From contig OZ234493.1 in assembly GCA_965153455.1 (NCBI GenBank), positions 31,796,213-31,860,212 of the forward strand: a stretch of DNA of 64,000 nucleotides, in the 5' to 3' direction. Positions 1-11,487 of this stretch are shown here, in pieces (the first letter of the stretch is position 1; each line of letters starts with the position of its first letter). Made by a program: the position numbers and the translations under genes. This DNA is from Sphagnum compactum. Lineage: Eukaryota. The notes under the pieces are model-generated. The model had not been told where the DNA came from and did no database searches. It was given only the letters and a program-made list of their open reading frames with translations.

Positions 1-1099
1 TGAAGCTCCCATTAAAACTGTTTTATTTTCTCTTTGTTAGAACATATTTGAAACATATTTGAAACAAAATATCAAATTGTAAAAAATAAATTTCACAACT
101 ACTTGCATTTAGAAAAACCTATTTAAACCTATTTTTATATTTCAAAATTTCAAAATTAATGCACAATAATGAAGAATTATCTTGTTTTTTATCATTCAAG
201 TAAAACTTTTGACATATAGCAATTGTATATAGTTTTGTTGCTACTTTTAAACTACATTGCAAGTAGACTTAACCAAGGTATTTCCTTAGTCCATTTTATT
301 GTGCTTTCACCTAAAAGGGTTTGGAGTCATTTGCATAATGGTCAATTGAGATTTAGCATCGCCATGGATGATGAAACCCTATCATCCATTACCAAAATCT
401 TCCCCATACATGTGCACCTTCATTGATGCTTGGATTTGTTGCAAGCTTCTTGCCACTTGCCATTGCCATGCAAGTTGAAAAGATCAATCACCACCTATCA
501 TCCTATGTATGGACTCAACACATTTTGCCATGATCACCTTTCATTATGCAACCTCAAGATCATGGTCACTAGCTAGATAGAATCAACACAAATGTGTAAA
601 GGTCGATTTGTATGATGAATTCTAAACACTAAGGTAGCTTCATGAATGTTCAAAATGGAACAATGGGAGGGATCTCATAGATTAAAGGAACCTAGGTAAC
701 AAAAATGTAAAATGATATATCATAGCATTTCTTGATGTAAGTTGATCTTGTTGCAAATCTTTGTTGCAATTTGCATTCAGTCTTATACCAACATGTTCTT
801 GAATGTAAAATGTGCACAACAACAAAAAAAATAGGGGACTTGAAGGTTAATATTGTTGTTTCTCAAGCTTGATTTAAATTACAAATGATTTGTACTAATT
901 TTGATTTTCAATTTTCGAATTTTTTCTTCATTCCAACTCTTTGGTGGGTATATCAAGAAATTATCATCAAGAGTTTCTTTCCTATGAATGTGCTACTAGT
1001 TGGTGACCTTGGAACCATCAAATCTCAATTGTTCCAATACATGCACAAAATTGCGCCATGAGACGTCTACACTAGTGGATGAGGAAGTTCAAATATAAA

Positions 1100-2500
1100 A
1101 TTGGCAGCATATGTTGGCTAGGATCTTGATACCTATATGAGATTATGATCTTGAACCTTATCTTGTAACGCTTTTGTGAAATGTATTTATCAAAGGCTCT
1201 AGATAAAGAAGTGCAAAGTTTTAATATGGATGAATTATGATGCAATGTTTATTGACTTGCATATTGTAGGTGTTATATTGAATCTTTCAAGGCATGGGGG
1301 AGGGAGAACGTGGTGGAAACCTTCAATACCCTTAACCCCAACAATGCATAGACTAGATATTTTTGTGCTTATTATTGCCGACTTGGTAAACAATTAGTTC
1401 ATTGTAAACCTTTTGCCAACATTCCTGGGTTTGTGGATGTAACTTATGAATTATTAAAGTTTTTAATGTGTATAGAAACCAACCCATGGCCCTTGTATGC
1501 AATTTGCATGTCCATGTAGACTTGTGGATGGTGGGCCTTTGCCAAGTGCCACACTCAAATAAAAATACCCAATCCAACATAAATCTTACCATGGGGCCTT
1601 GAAGTGATGGTTTTCTTTTGAAACAAAAGTTGTTAAGAGGCGTTACATCGATTAGTTGATGTGAAGGCTAATTACGACAATGGAACGGCATTATACGCAC
1701 TAAGTGAAAATGAAGAGGTAGGAGTTCATAAAGAACAAGATTGAGGTACAACTTGTGGCCGCAAGTGTGGAAATGGCATTGTTAATCCCACACATTGATG
1801 TGATTCACTAGACTTTGGTGGGTGAAGACAATGTTAGTGCATGGATGGTGCAAAGCCAACCCATCCTGGTGTCATTTATAATATTCATGTCCCTTTCACT
1901 AAGTAGGCATCTTGCACATGCGAGTGGGCATTGTGTGGAAATTCGTGCAAGCATTAAGTTGTTCTCATGACGTGTGTCAACCTTACTCCAAATAATATCA
2001 TTGATTATTGTGACACATGGTATGGAACTAATTATAATGCGTTCAAGGCAATGTTTGTAGACCTGACATACTCACAGGTTGGTGATGATTTTTAAAAAAA
2101 TGAAGGTTACAACAAGGAAACAATTGAAAGGGTTAGTGTAATAAGCATTTGTGGGTTTTTGGACATGTATGATAATGACCCCTTTTCTTATGGTGGTGTT
2201 AACATTGATGAGGCAAAGGGATCATGCACCCCCATGGAGTGGGCCTAATCTTGGTTATGGGATACAATGGCTAAAATCACTTTCCAATGCAAGGAGTTAG
2301 ATAGTGTCCAACTTTGTGACCTTGCAACATCATGTTTACAAATTGTTGTGTTGAAGATCCAAGCCAATGAATCAATGCACCCTGGCATGGTCTTCAATCG
2401 AGTGGAAGATGGTTTGGGCAATTCAATTAATCACCTCAAATTTAACATAAAACTATGTTGCAACATGCAAATTCACGCAAGACAAAGATTGAGGAATAGA
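1100..2500 (+). mobile_element. Decayed Mutator-like (MULE) transposase relic with SWIM zinc finger
   Basis: Manual translation from 1525 gives WMVGLCQVPHSNKNTQSNI-(frameshift)-SYHGALK*WF, resembling the MULE 'TN..ESYH' region. Position 1913-1954 gives C-T-C-EWALCGNS-C-K-H, a SWIM CxC...CxH motif. Many stops and frameshifts; boundaries approximate. Confidence 0.7.
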
Positions 2501-2824
2501 TGAATGTTATACATTTGTGAGGTTGAAAGAAATAATGTATGTTGTGCGATGCGTTCGTGATTGCCAATGGATTAAACTTCTTTTAATGTTGTAGGTGAAG
2601 CTTTAACAATTTTGATATAAATGAACTTCAAACAAGTTATAAGAAAAACCTAATAATTCATTACAAAACTTTTCTCAATATTCACGTAAGGAAAAAAAAA
2701 TAGACATGATGATTTAACATCGCTAATGAAGGTAACACACAAATGAATTAAGTCAAATATGATATTTTTAATATGTCCCAAAAGGACATTTCAAGAGAAA
2801 AATGCAATGCTTTTACATTAGTTA

Positions 2825-3620
2825 GATATGGGTATTGCAAATGTGAATTAGGAAAGATAAGTATTTGAAATCCATCATGGGGGTACTGCATTGATGAGAT
2901 CAAACAACTTCAAACCATCATAAGGGTACTACATTTCACCAAATTAATCCAATGCATATGCATTATCTTGATGAAGGTAATGCACAAGTGAATCAAATTA
3001 ATTAATTCTCTTCTAAGGGTATTGTATGTCCTAAACATATAATAACAGTTTAAAATTACCTTAATCGGGGTATTGCAATGATTTTGTTCAAGAGATAAAA
3101 TAATTCAAGCCCCTCTTTTGGATATTGAATTTCAACAAAATGATATAATGTTTAAGTATTACTTTAATGTAATACTTAAAATAATTCAAGCCCCTCTTGA
3201 AGGTATTACAATTCAACAAAAGAATCCAGTGCATATGAATTACCTTAATAAGGGTATTGCATAGGTTAAAACCTTAGAAGCAGGGAGAAATTGCAATGAG
3301 GGTATTGCAAAAATGGTTTTTCATTGGAATAATGTGGCTCAAGTAAGGAAATCAGGTTATTTTGCAATAGCCGCATATGGGTGTTGAGAAGTAGTTTAAT
3401 TCTTGCCTTTTATAGTCCTAAAGTAAACAAATTCAATGTAGTTGCAATACCCTCTTTTGCACCCCTTCAATATCATTTTGGCAATTGTGTGGTTGGTTGG
3501 AGTGTTGATGAGGGAGGTAGGTTTAGCTAAGTATATTGGTTCTAAAAGATACCTACCTCAATGGGTAGTAGGTAGGAAGGGTAAGGAACAACCTACCTTG
3601 TTTATTGCACTACCCTCATG
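2825..3620. repeat. Dispersed array of a GGGTATTGCA-like motif in both orientations
   Basis: Direct copies near 2830, 2881, 2923, 3017, 3068, 3201, 3252 and 3300. Inverted copies (ttgcaataccc-like) near 3362, 3442 and 3606. Confidence 0.6.
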
Positions 3621-4868
3621 GGTGATCACCATGGTTGCATTGTGGACAATTTAATGCATAGGAAGGTAGCTGGGTGGGCAGGCAGGTAGGTGGTTGGGCG
3701 GGTGGGTAGGTAGGCAAGGGAGAGAGTAGGCCTTTCTGGTGCATAGGCAGTAGTCTAGTGTAGGTAGGTAAGTAAGACTAAGGCGGGCATCGAGCTTTTG
3801 ACCAACTCCCACAAATGACAAATTCATCTCATTTCTTGCGTGTGCAAACCTTGCCCAACACATAATTGGGGGAATCCATAAACCATGTCCACCATTTCAG
3901 ACAATGAAGAAAAGTTTCAGCACTCCCACACCTCAACTATTTTCAATAGCCTGGTAGCTTTAGCTGGTTACCTGGTTCACAACCCTAGCCTTGAGCTCAT
4001 GACCAACCCAGGAATGACAAAGAAATCTCCACCATCTTTTTAAATTGAGAATTTATACTCCTACGAATAACAAGGAAGTCTTTGCAATCCTCAAGACAAA
4101 TTTCAATGAAAGTTCTAAAGCAAACAAATCATCAGGACGAGAGTTGTAACAATAAAAATGTTGCTCTGCTATCTCAAAAGTTTGTTTTGGGGATCGAGAA
4201 GGTCTCTAATAAATCTCAAACTGAGTCCAAAGGCCATCACTATTGACTTGACAATCTATATGTGCAGTTTTGACCCAAATTAAAATTTGAAAGAATCAAC
4301 AATTATGAGTTATTATTACTATTTTAGTTTTCTTCTGGTACTCAATCGAAGGAGTCAATCAATAGAAGCACTCGACAGTGGCACAGAAATTTGCCCAAAG
4401 CCCAGTGACACCTAAAAACTTTTGAGTAAGAAAAAGGTCTGCCAAAATGTAGACATTCAAATTTTTGTTTCGCAAACTGCAGAAGACACTTGAAATTTTT
4501 TTCACAAGCCTAATGTACTGAACTCTCTACCAAAGGCTTTTTAATAAGATACACCCAGCACCTCACTTGCAACAGAAACAAACCAGCTGATCAAAATCAA
4601 ACAGCAAAAGCTGCTGTCGCGCCTTATCTACAACAACCCATTATTGCTTCTGAACAACTAAGGCTGTCCCAATATGGCAAATCCTTCAGGAAGAAATAAT
4701 ACACATGAGGCGAGTTGAGGAGACATCAAGCAATTTGTGTAATGATTTGGTTCATTGAGCTTGCCTGCTTTGTTGTCATTTGCAAGGGTGAAGGGAAAGG
4801 ACCTAACATCTGAGGAAATGTCTCAGCAGTGAGCCCCGGATAGTCATCATGTTTCAGTTCCAGTAGTT

Positions 4869-7800
4869 TTAAAAACTCCTGGTGGGACCCATTGGGTCAT
4901 AATCGTATGGCTGACCTGCTTTCACAAACCTACCTTTCACCCTCTTCCGTATATCTGCTCGTTCTTTTCGGGATTCATATCGGACCTTCTTGTCAAACCT
5001 TTTTTTTTTACAACAGATGCAAACAACAACAAAAAAAGCATTGACGTGAGTGACAACTATGACATACAAAATATCAATAACCAAAAAAATTACTAATGCA
5101 GAAAAAAAAGATAAATGGCAAACCCATCACACACATGTTATGGCACTGTAAGTCATGATGGTATTGAGTGTTTTTTTGGTTTCCATACTTGCGGTTTTTC
5201 TTCTTCTCCTTGTATCGAAGCATTGCTGAGTCACGAGCCTGCATAAGTGCTCCACTATCAGGGCTTGTAGGTCCCCAGGAAGGATCAGCATTTATTAACA
5301 TGGACGAAACTGCAGTGGTGCAGCCATAGTAATCACCGCTATCATCGCCACTCAGTCCAGAGAGTGAGAGTGACAAGCTTGACCCTGTTGGTCTCATTAC
5401 CAGTTGTTGCATGTCCATGTTAAGATTCTTGCTTAGTCCCATTGCACCCATCATCATCATCCCAACTTCAGACCTCTCTGGAGATGGAGGTGGTCCAGCT
5501 GACCTGCTTTCATAGACCTGTGATTGGGAGCCACTCATGGCACCCTGCAAGAACCAGAAAGTGTGCTCTAAAAAGTGGTCATAATCAACTCTTTTGTTCT
5601 TGAAACAAACCTGCGACTCTGTTCTGTACTCTTCTTAGTACTTATGACACATAGAAAACCTCAGAATCTCATTCCATTGCACTGTTGTGTTCATGATAGT
5701 GTTTACAACATGACAAAGCTCTGCTACTTTTATTGCACACAATGGCATGAAATCTCTACTCTGCCATGTTTGTATCATGTGAAAGAGATGATGATATCAG
5801 CAATAAACAAAATGCAGAAACAGAAATTTGACAAGAAAACCATGTGATGAGAAAGAGAGAGAGAGAGAGAGAGAGAGATGATTACATTGGTTGTTGTTGC
5901 TTCAAGAAGCTCTGACTCTGGGATGCTTTGCACCTGCTGGTCATGCGGCCTCTCATCAACAGAGTCTTGACCCATGGAAACAGTGCATCCTGCTTCTTCT
6001 GCCTGTATGTCATCAAAGGATACAGATGACATACCTTGTGTGCACGAGAAAATGTCTTCATAATTATCAAATGAAAGATCTGCCATGCTGAAACCCTCAC
6101 ATGGATCCCTGTCTTCTTCTCCTTTGCAAATTCCAAGATCCTGCATGTTTTGTCCCCATAGCTGCTGCTGCTGCCCCCATCCACCCACCACCAGAGTCAT
6201 AACAAATTCATCAGATATGGAAAAATTGTTCACTCCACACTCTGCACAATAAACAGATTTCATTCAAATCACAAACCTGCACACTCCATATCTTATCAGG
6301 TATGAAATGCTCACTCTCATCACTCTGCATAAGATTTCCTTCAAATTGAAACTCTTGTGATACTCTGCACATAACTACCTTCCTTCCAATTGGAAATATG
6401 TGTGTACTCAGTCTGACAAACAGTGTACATTTGCATGGGTTCTTCCCAACCCTAAAATGTGTGCCAGTTCCAAGAGAACAAAGTCTTGTGAGATGAACTT
6501 TTACTTATAGGGGACAAATAGAATTGTTGAAGCAAGTTTTGTTTGATTTAATCCATTTGCTGTCGGAACCATTTGTAGAGAACTTTTGTTGTCCAAAAAT
6601 TCATGGGGATGAAGAAATCAATCAATGAAAATTCAAGACACAATAAATTTTTTTCTATCAGCGAAAACCCTTGTTGAAACACAAGCAAACACACCTGACA
6701 AGAAGAGCTGGAATGCCAGAAAGCAGCATCTCCTCCTTGCATGATGAGACCATTGCTGTTGTTGCAAGCATCAGTTTTCGGCAGCATCATCATCATCTCT
6801 GATGGGGTTAGTATCCGAGAGTCTGAAGAAGACTGCAAATTTGCAGTGGCGGTGGTGTCTGATTTGGAGCGTAGTGGCTGATTTGGAGATGTCTCTGGTT
6901 GCTGTTGTTGATGTTGTTGCATCTGATTCTGATCCAAAACTGCTGCTGCTGCTCTTAAAGGTTGTGATGGAGATGATACGAAAGAGATTGGATGTTGTTT
7001 CTTTGATGATGATTGCAACAACAACATAGGAGCTTCCATCTGCTGCTGCTGCTGCTGCTGCGGGTCTAGAAGTTGCAGCTTCTGAAGCTGTTGCACTATT
7101 GCTTCTCTGGACTGCTGCTTGCTTCCATTTCCTCCCTTCCCCAACAGCACTGCTCCTCCTCCTCCTCCTCCTCCTGTCGGCACTGGACTCTGTTACCCGA
7201 TCCAGACCACACCAGACAATGATCCCCATGACTCAAACCCTTGATACCAAACCAAGTAAGACAGACATCATCATCAAAGTTTTAACAATTTGCAATTTTC
7301 TGGAAGCTATAATCAATGGGTTGGAGCCCTTGGTGTGCAAAGCTCGCTCTACTACAACTCTAAGATCAAAACGCAAGTCTATGGATGAATGGATGGATGC
7401 ACACAAAAAAAGAGCAGGGATGCAGAAACACAAATGATCACAGGTCTTGAGAGTTTTCTTTTCTTGAGCTTTCATGGAAAGAAAGATGGGTCTTCTATCT
7501 CAGCTGCATGTCCTGTTGCTGCTGCTGATTACCCTAAGAATGAGGATCAGAAGATATCAGATCACACACTCATCATCTGAAAGAACCCAAGAGCCATGAA
7601 GAACATCATGGGTGGTGGTACCTATCCTTGTGCAAGGAGAATGAAGAAGGAGAAGTTGAGAGAAGAAATTTTACCTTGGCAAGGAGCAGCGGAGGAGGTC
7701 CAGCTCCATATATGATGGCTGCAAACGCTGCTGCTGCAACTGGTCCAACCCTTCCTCTGCAGTTGCCGCTGCCGCCGCTGTTGAATCCTGCGAGATTTCG

Positions 7801-8256
7801 CGGAGGAGGAGGAGCTGCTGCTGCTGCAGCAGCATGAGTGAGCAAGTCGCATCCCCAGAGGATGCTAAGTTCTGCTGCCGATGGGCAACCCGAGAAGCAG
7901 TCAAAAGGGTGACGAGTGTGGTGCTGTGAAGAAGCAGCAGAAGCAGCGACGACGACGGCGGCGGAAGAGGAGGAGTTGCTGTTGCTGTTTCTTCTTCTTA
8001 TCATTCTTCCATGGCTATCCCAGTCGCAGCTCTGACACAGCGCCACATTATTCTCTTCTGGACATCGCACCGCCGACGGTCGCAAGTTGCATCCCTCGCA
8101 CAGCAGCGTTCTTAGATGCCGTCGCGACAGCGCGTTGGCTCCATGCACATGACGGTCACATGATAAACACAGACGCGCCGAGTCCGCTCTACAGTACACT
8201 GTCGCTCGCCCTTCTCCACAGAAATCACAAGCTCCTCCTGCTCCTGCTCCTTCCAT
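4869..8256 (-). CDS. COL: CONSTANS-like B-box zinc finger / CCT domain protein (COL9-15-type: canonical B-box1, divergent B-box2, CCT), about 615 aa
   Basis: Exons on the minus strand: 8256-7675, 7189-6695, ~6170-5886, 5544-5189, 4998-4869; all GT-AG and phase-compatible. B-box1 [26 protein letters not shown]-box2 [14 protein letters not shown], the [10 protein letters not shown] motif, and [45 protein letters not shown]. Confidence 0.93.
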
Positions 8257-9355
8257 TCTCGGTCAAACACTATTTACACTGCAAGATCCAAACAACCCAC
8301 AGCTTCATACATGGATCCGACGTCCTGTTCTCTCTCTCTCGCTCTCTCACTCTCTCTCAGACTGTCAAAGCTTTTCCCAATCGCCACGACCTCCACCCCA
8401 ATCTCGCCACTTCAATCTCTCTCTCTCTCTCACACACACAACCCAAAAAAGAGAGCTTCAGAATCACACACTTGTACCACTAAGTCTTTTTTCTTTCTTC
8501 TTCACCAAACGGTAGACTGTTTTTCCATCATGAGAAGTTCTGTTTTGTTTCTAGTAAACTGCATGTCAATCTTCCATAACAACTAGTCTGGTTAATCTTC
8601 AACCCATGATGATGATCGTCCCAGCACATTCTCTTCCTGTTTCTTGTTTCTGGCTGCATGTGTCTCTTCTGTCCCTCTCTCTCTCTGTGTCTGCGAGCGA
8701 GGACAGAGTATGTTGTTGTGTAAGGGAGGACGGAGGAGGGGAGCTTGGACGACGATGGCGATGGCGTTCTTGTTGCTCTTGTTCTTCCTCATGTCCTCCT
8801 CCTCTTCGTCTTCACCGGTACTCCTCTCTAAGTGCAAACTCCAGGTCTCCAAAATTTGCAGGTTCCGAGTACTTTTTCTTGTGGGACTTGCTTTTGGGGA
8901 GGTTTTTGCAGTCTTGGGACTTGCTTTTTGGAGATATTTCGGCGACCTTTTCCGGGTGTCCAAGTCCCCATTATTGGCTTCTCAGTTCCAGATCTCCGAA
9001 ATGAGGTCCCATGTGTGTGTCGCTCTCGCGCGCTCTGTCTCTCTCTCTCTCTCTCCTCTTCTCTGTCTCTCTTCGTCCCTCTCTCGCGCGCTCTCCCGCT
9101 CTCCGTCTCCTCTGCTTCGGCCAGATTCTCTCTCTCTCCCACTGCTTAGCGAGCCATGTTTGCATCACAGTGGACTGGATTCAAGCAGGAGAAATGAAGG
9201 AAAGCGGGTTCAAGATTCAAGCTTAGACGCGAAGCTCTGCATTGTATTCTGGGTACACGAAAAAAAAGAGTCACAGCAGCCCAGTGTAGCGGTAGTCGCG
9301 CGGTAGCTAGCAGTGAAGAAATTGAAATTCCAATCATAAAAGGGTAGCCAATAGT
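8257..9355 (-). promoter_or_regulatory. Probable 5' leader and proximal promoter of the COL gene
   Basis: 5'UTR intron acceptor (ggatcttgcag|) at 8279. GA/CT microsatellite-rich stretch, an evening-element-like AAATATCT core at 8932-8939 (minus strand), and two CCAAT boxes at 9330 and 9348. The transcription start cannot be determined. Confidence 0.4.
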
Positions 9356-9761
9356 AAAAGTAGCCATTTCACGATCGGGAAGCTTCAGAAGAAAACAAAA
9401 TGGGGAACAACAGTTCTTAGTTTGTCACAATATTGAAATTTGCATATAGATAGATAGATAGATAGATAATTTACGGGAAATTCTTCCACACCCCACCACC
9501 AGATTTCTTTTGTTCCCTTCGCTGAAAGGTAGGAGAAATCCAACACGTCGATCGCAGGATTGACATCAAGAGCTTGAGTCTTTCCTTTTATTCTCGCCGC
9601 AGCTGCAAGCCCCAAAAAAATCCCGCACCATCGCCACCCATTTGGGAGTCGGGACTCGATCGAGAGTCGGGAGTCGCAGTGGACGAGGAAAGACGAGACG
9701 GACGACTGGGAGGCTAATCAGGCCTTAACTTACTAATCAGAGGTAATTAGCATTATTATTA

Positions 9762-10327
9762 GATCATCTCCAGTGGTGCTCAATATGTGTAAGGTACCCC
9801 CCTGAGGCCGGCATCATTACCTGAATAAGGGCATGTGCAAGGTGGAGCCTACGGAAGCCCAATTCTGGTAATGCTGCCCAATGACTGTCAAGGGCATTTA
9901 CATGGTCTAAAAATCAACAAAAAAAAATTTCCCCATTTTTTTTCTTGTTGTACTCGCATGATACCGTCATTGGGTATCAATCACTGTGGAAAAAATGACA
10001 CTAGGCATTTACCCTGCCAAAAAAAAAAATTCCTCACATGCAAGTTTAGTTATTTACTTTTTCCCAACCCCACCCATAAAACTAAAATTGGGACTGCAAT
10101 AGGTGAAAGAGACTGAATACTAATAGCAACCACCCACAAACTATCTAACCAGGTGTTGTTGTTAGGCTTTGATGTGACTTTTCCTAGCCTCTCTCTGCCA
10201 TCCTCTACACAAATTGCAGGGCAAAATCATTTTACTGATGCAATCAATCCCCCCCTACTATGTTTTGACTTTTCTTCATCCAATTCTCTTTAGCAGGGCC
10301 ACATATTGAGCACTAGTGGAGATGCTC
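9762..10327. mobile_element. Tourist-like MITE (PIF/Harbinger superfamily), 566 bp
   Basis: 28-bp terminal inverted repeats: 9762-9789 (gatcatctccagtggtgctcaatatgtg) versus 10300-10327 (reverse complement gagcatctccactagtgctcaatatgtg), 25/28 match. Flanked by TTA (9759-9761) and TAA (10328-10330). No coding capacity. Confidence 0.8.
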
Positions 10328-11235
10328 TAAGCTGACAAACAGCAAAAGTGTCGTAGGGTGACACCTATGGGGAATAGCCAAAAGGCATTCCCAAGATAAG
10401 TGCCTGCCTAAGGTGGAGGGAGTCCAGGGGGCACTTTATTTCAGGAATGCATTGCTCCTCCATATAGGGGCAGGCACTTATCCTGCTTATTTTGGGAACA
10501 CCTCAACAATCCACCTAATGCAGGCACTTCTTTCGGGAATGCCTCACTCACTCGTCTATCTCACTAGTCTACCTCACTCGTTCACCTAGACCAGGCATTC
10601 ACTACAGCAACACCTGTCCAGTCCAGTATCATGGGAGATGGGAGAAAGAAAGTTTGAAGAAGAAAAAGGTTTAGAGGGCATTTTGCTTTTTGACGATGGC
10701 ACCCACCCTAGCTGATGCTTTACCCTACTACACACCAAATCTCCTTTTCTCTTTGTGCTCCCCTTTGCACACTGGTTTACTTCAAGTTTTGACACTCTTA
10801 TAGAACAGGGTGTGCATGTTTAGTTGCTTCAAATGCTTGCCCCCCACCCCCCCCCCCCCCCCCCCTCTTTTGCCCGGTGATACCCGGAGGGTATCACCAG
10901 CCAATAGTCTCTGGTCCCCTTGTTCTTTTCCATAGTCTGTGTGAACAGCAGTAATTTGGCGGTTATAAAAGGCAGGGAAGGAGGCCATTTAGGTCTTTTC
11001 AAAGCTGATTCGTATATACGAGAAAGGGTCTGAAAATTAGGCCCTTAATTCCCGACCTTCCCCTGCTTAAAGACCAGCCAGCGGTGATCTTTCTTTCCTC
11101 TTCCCTGCCTACTAGATAAAGACTAAAACTGATAAAATGTTAAAAAAACGATGCAAATATGTAAAAGATAGATTACTGAGTTTGAAAACTGTACCTTGGG
11201 AAATGTGGAATGTAAGTAATCGTCTTAGAAATACA

Positions 11236-11487
11236 CTAAGAAAATACCTACTGGGTCTTTCCTGTGTAGGATAAAGCCCTAAGAAAAACCTACTGGGTCT
11301 TTCCTGTGTAGGATAAAGCCCTAAGAAAAACCTACTGGGTCTTTCCTGTGTAGGATAAAGCCCTAAGAAAAACCTACTGGGTCTTTCCTGTGTAGGATAA
11401 AGCCCTAAGAAAAACCTACTGGGTCTTTCCTGTGTAGGATAAAGCCCTAAGAAAAACCTACTGGGTCTTTCTGTGTAGGATAAAGCC
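11236..11487. repeat. 42-bp tandem minisatellite, 6 near-identical copies
   Basis: Unit ctaagaaaaacctactgggtctttcctgtgtaggataaagcc repeated head to tail; the first and last copies differ by 1-nt indels. Confidence 0.97.

Noticed and set aside
7881..8483. 200-aa plus-strand ORF
   Set aside because: It is the antisense shadow of the GC-rich COL exon 1.
8592..9306. Overlapping 100-220 aa ORFs on both strands upstream of COL
   Set aside because: They arise from CT/GA microsatellites and GC-rich leader sequence, several have non-ATG starts, and none has a recognisable domain.
11236..11487. 42-bp repeats with an internal palindrome as a CRISPR array
   Set aside because: The units are contiguous with no unique spacers, there are no cas genes, and the context is eukaryotic.
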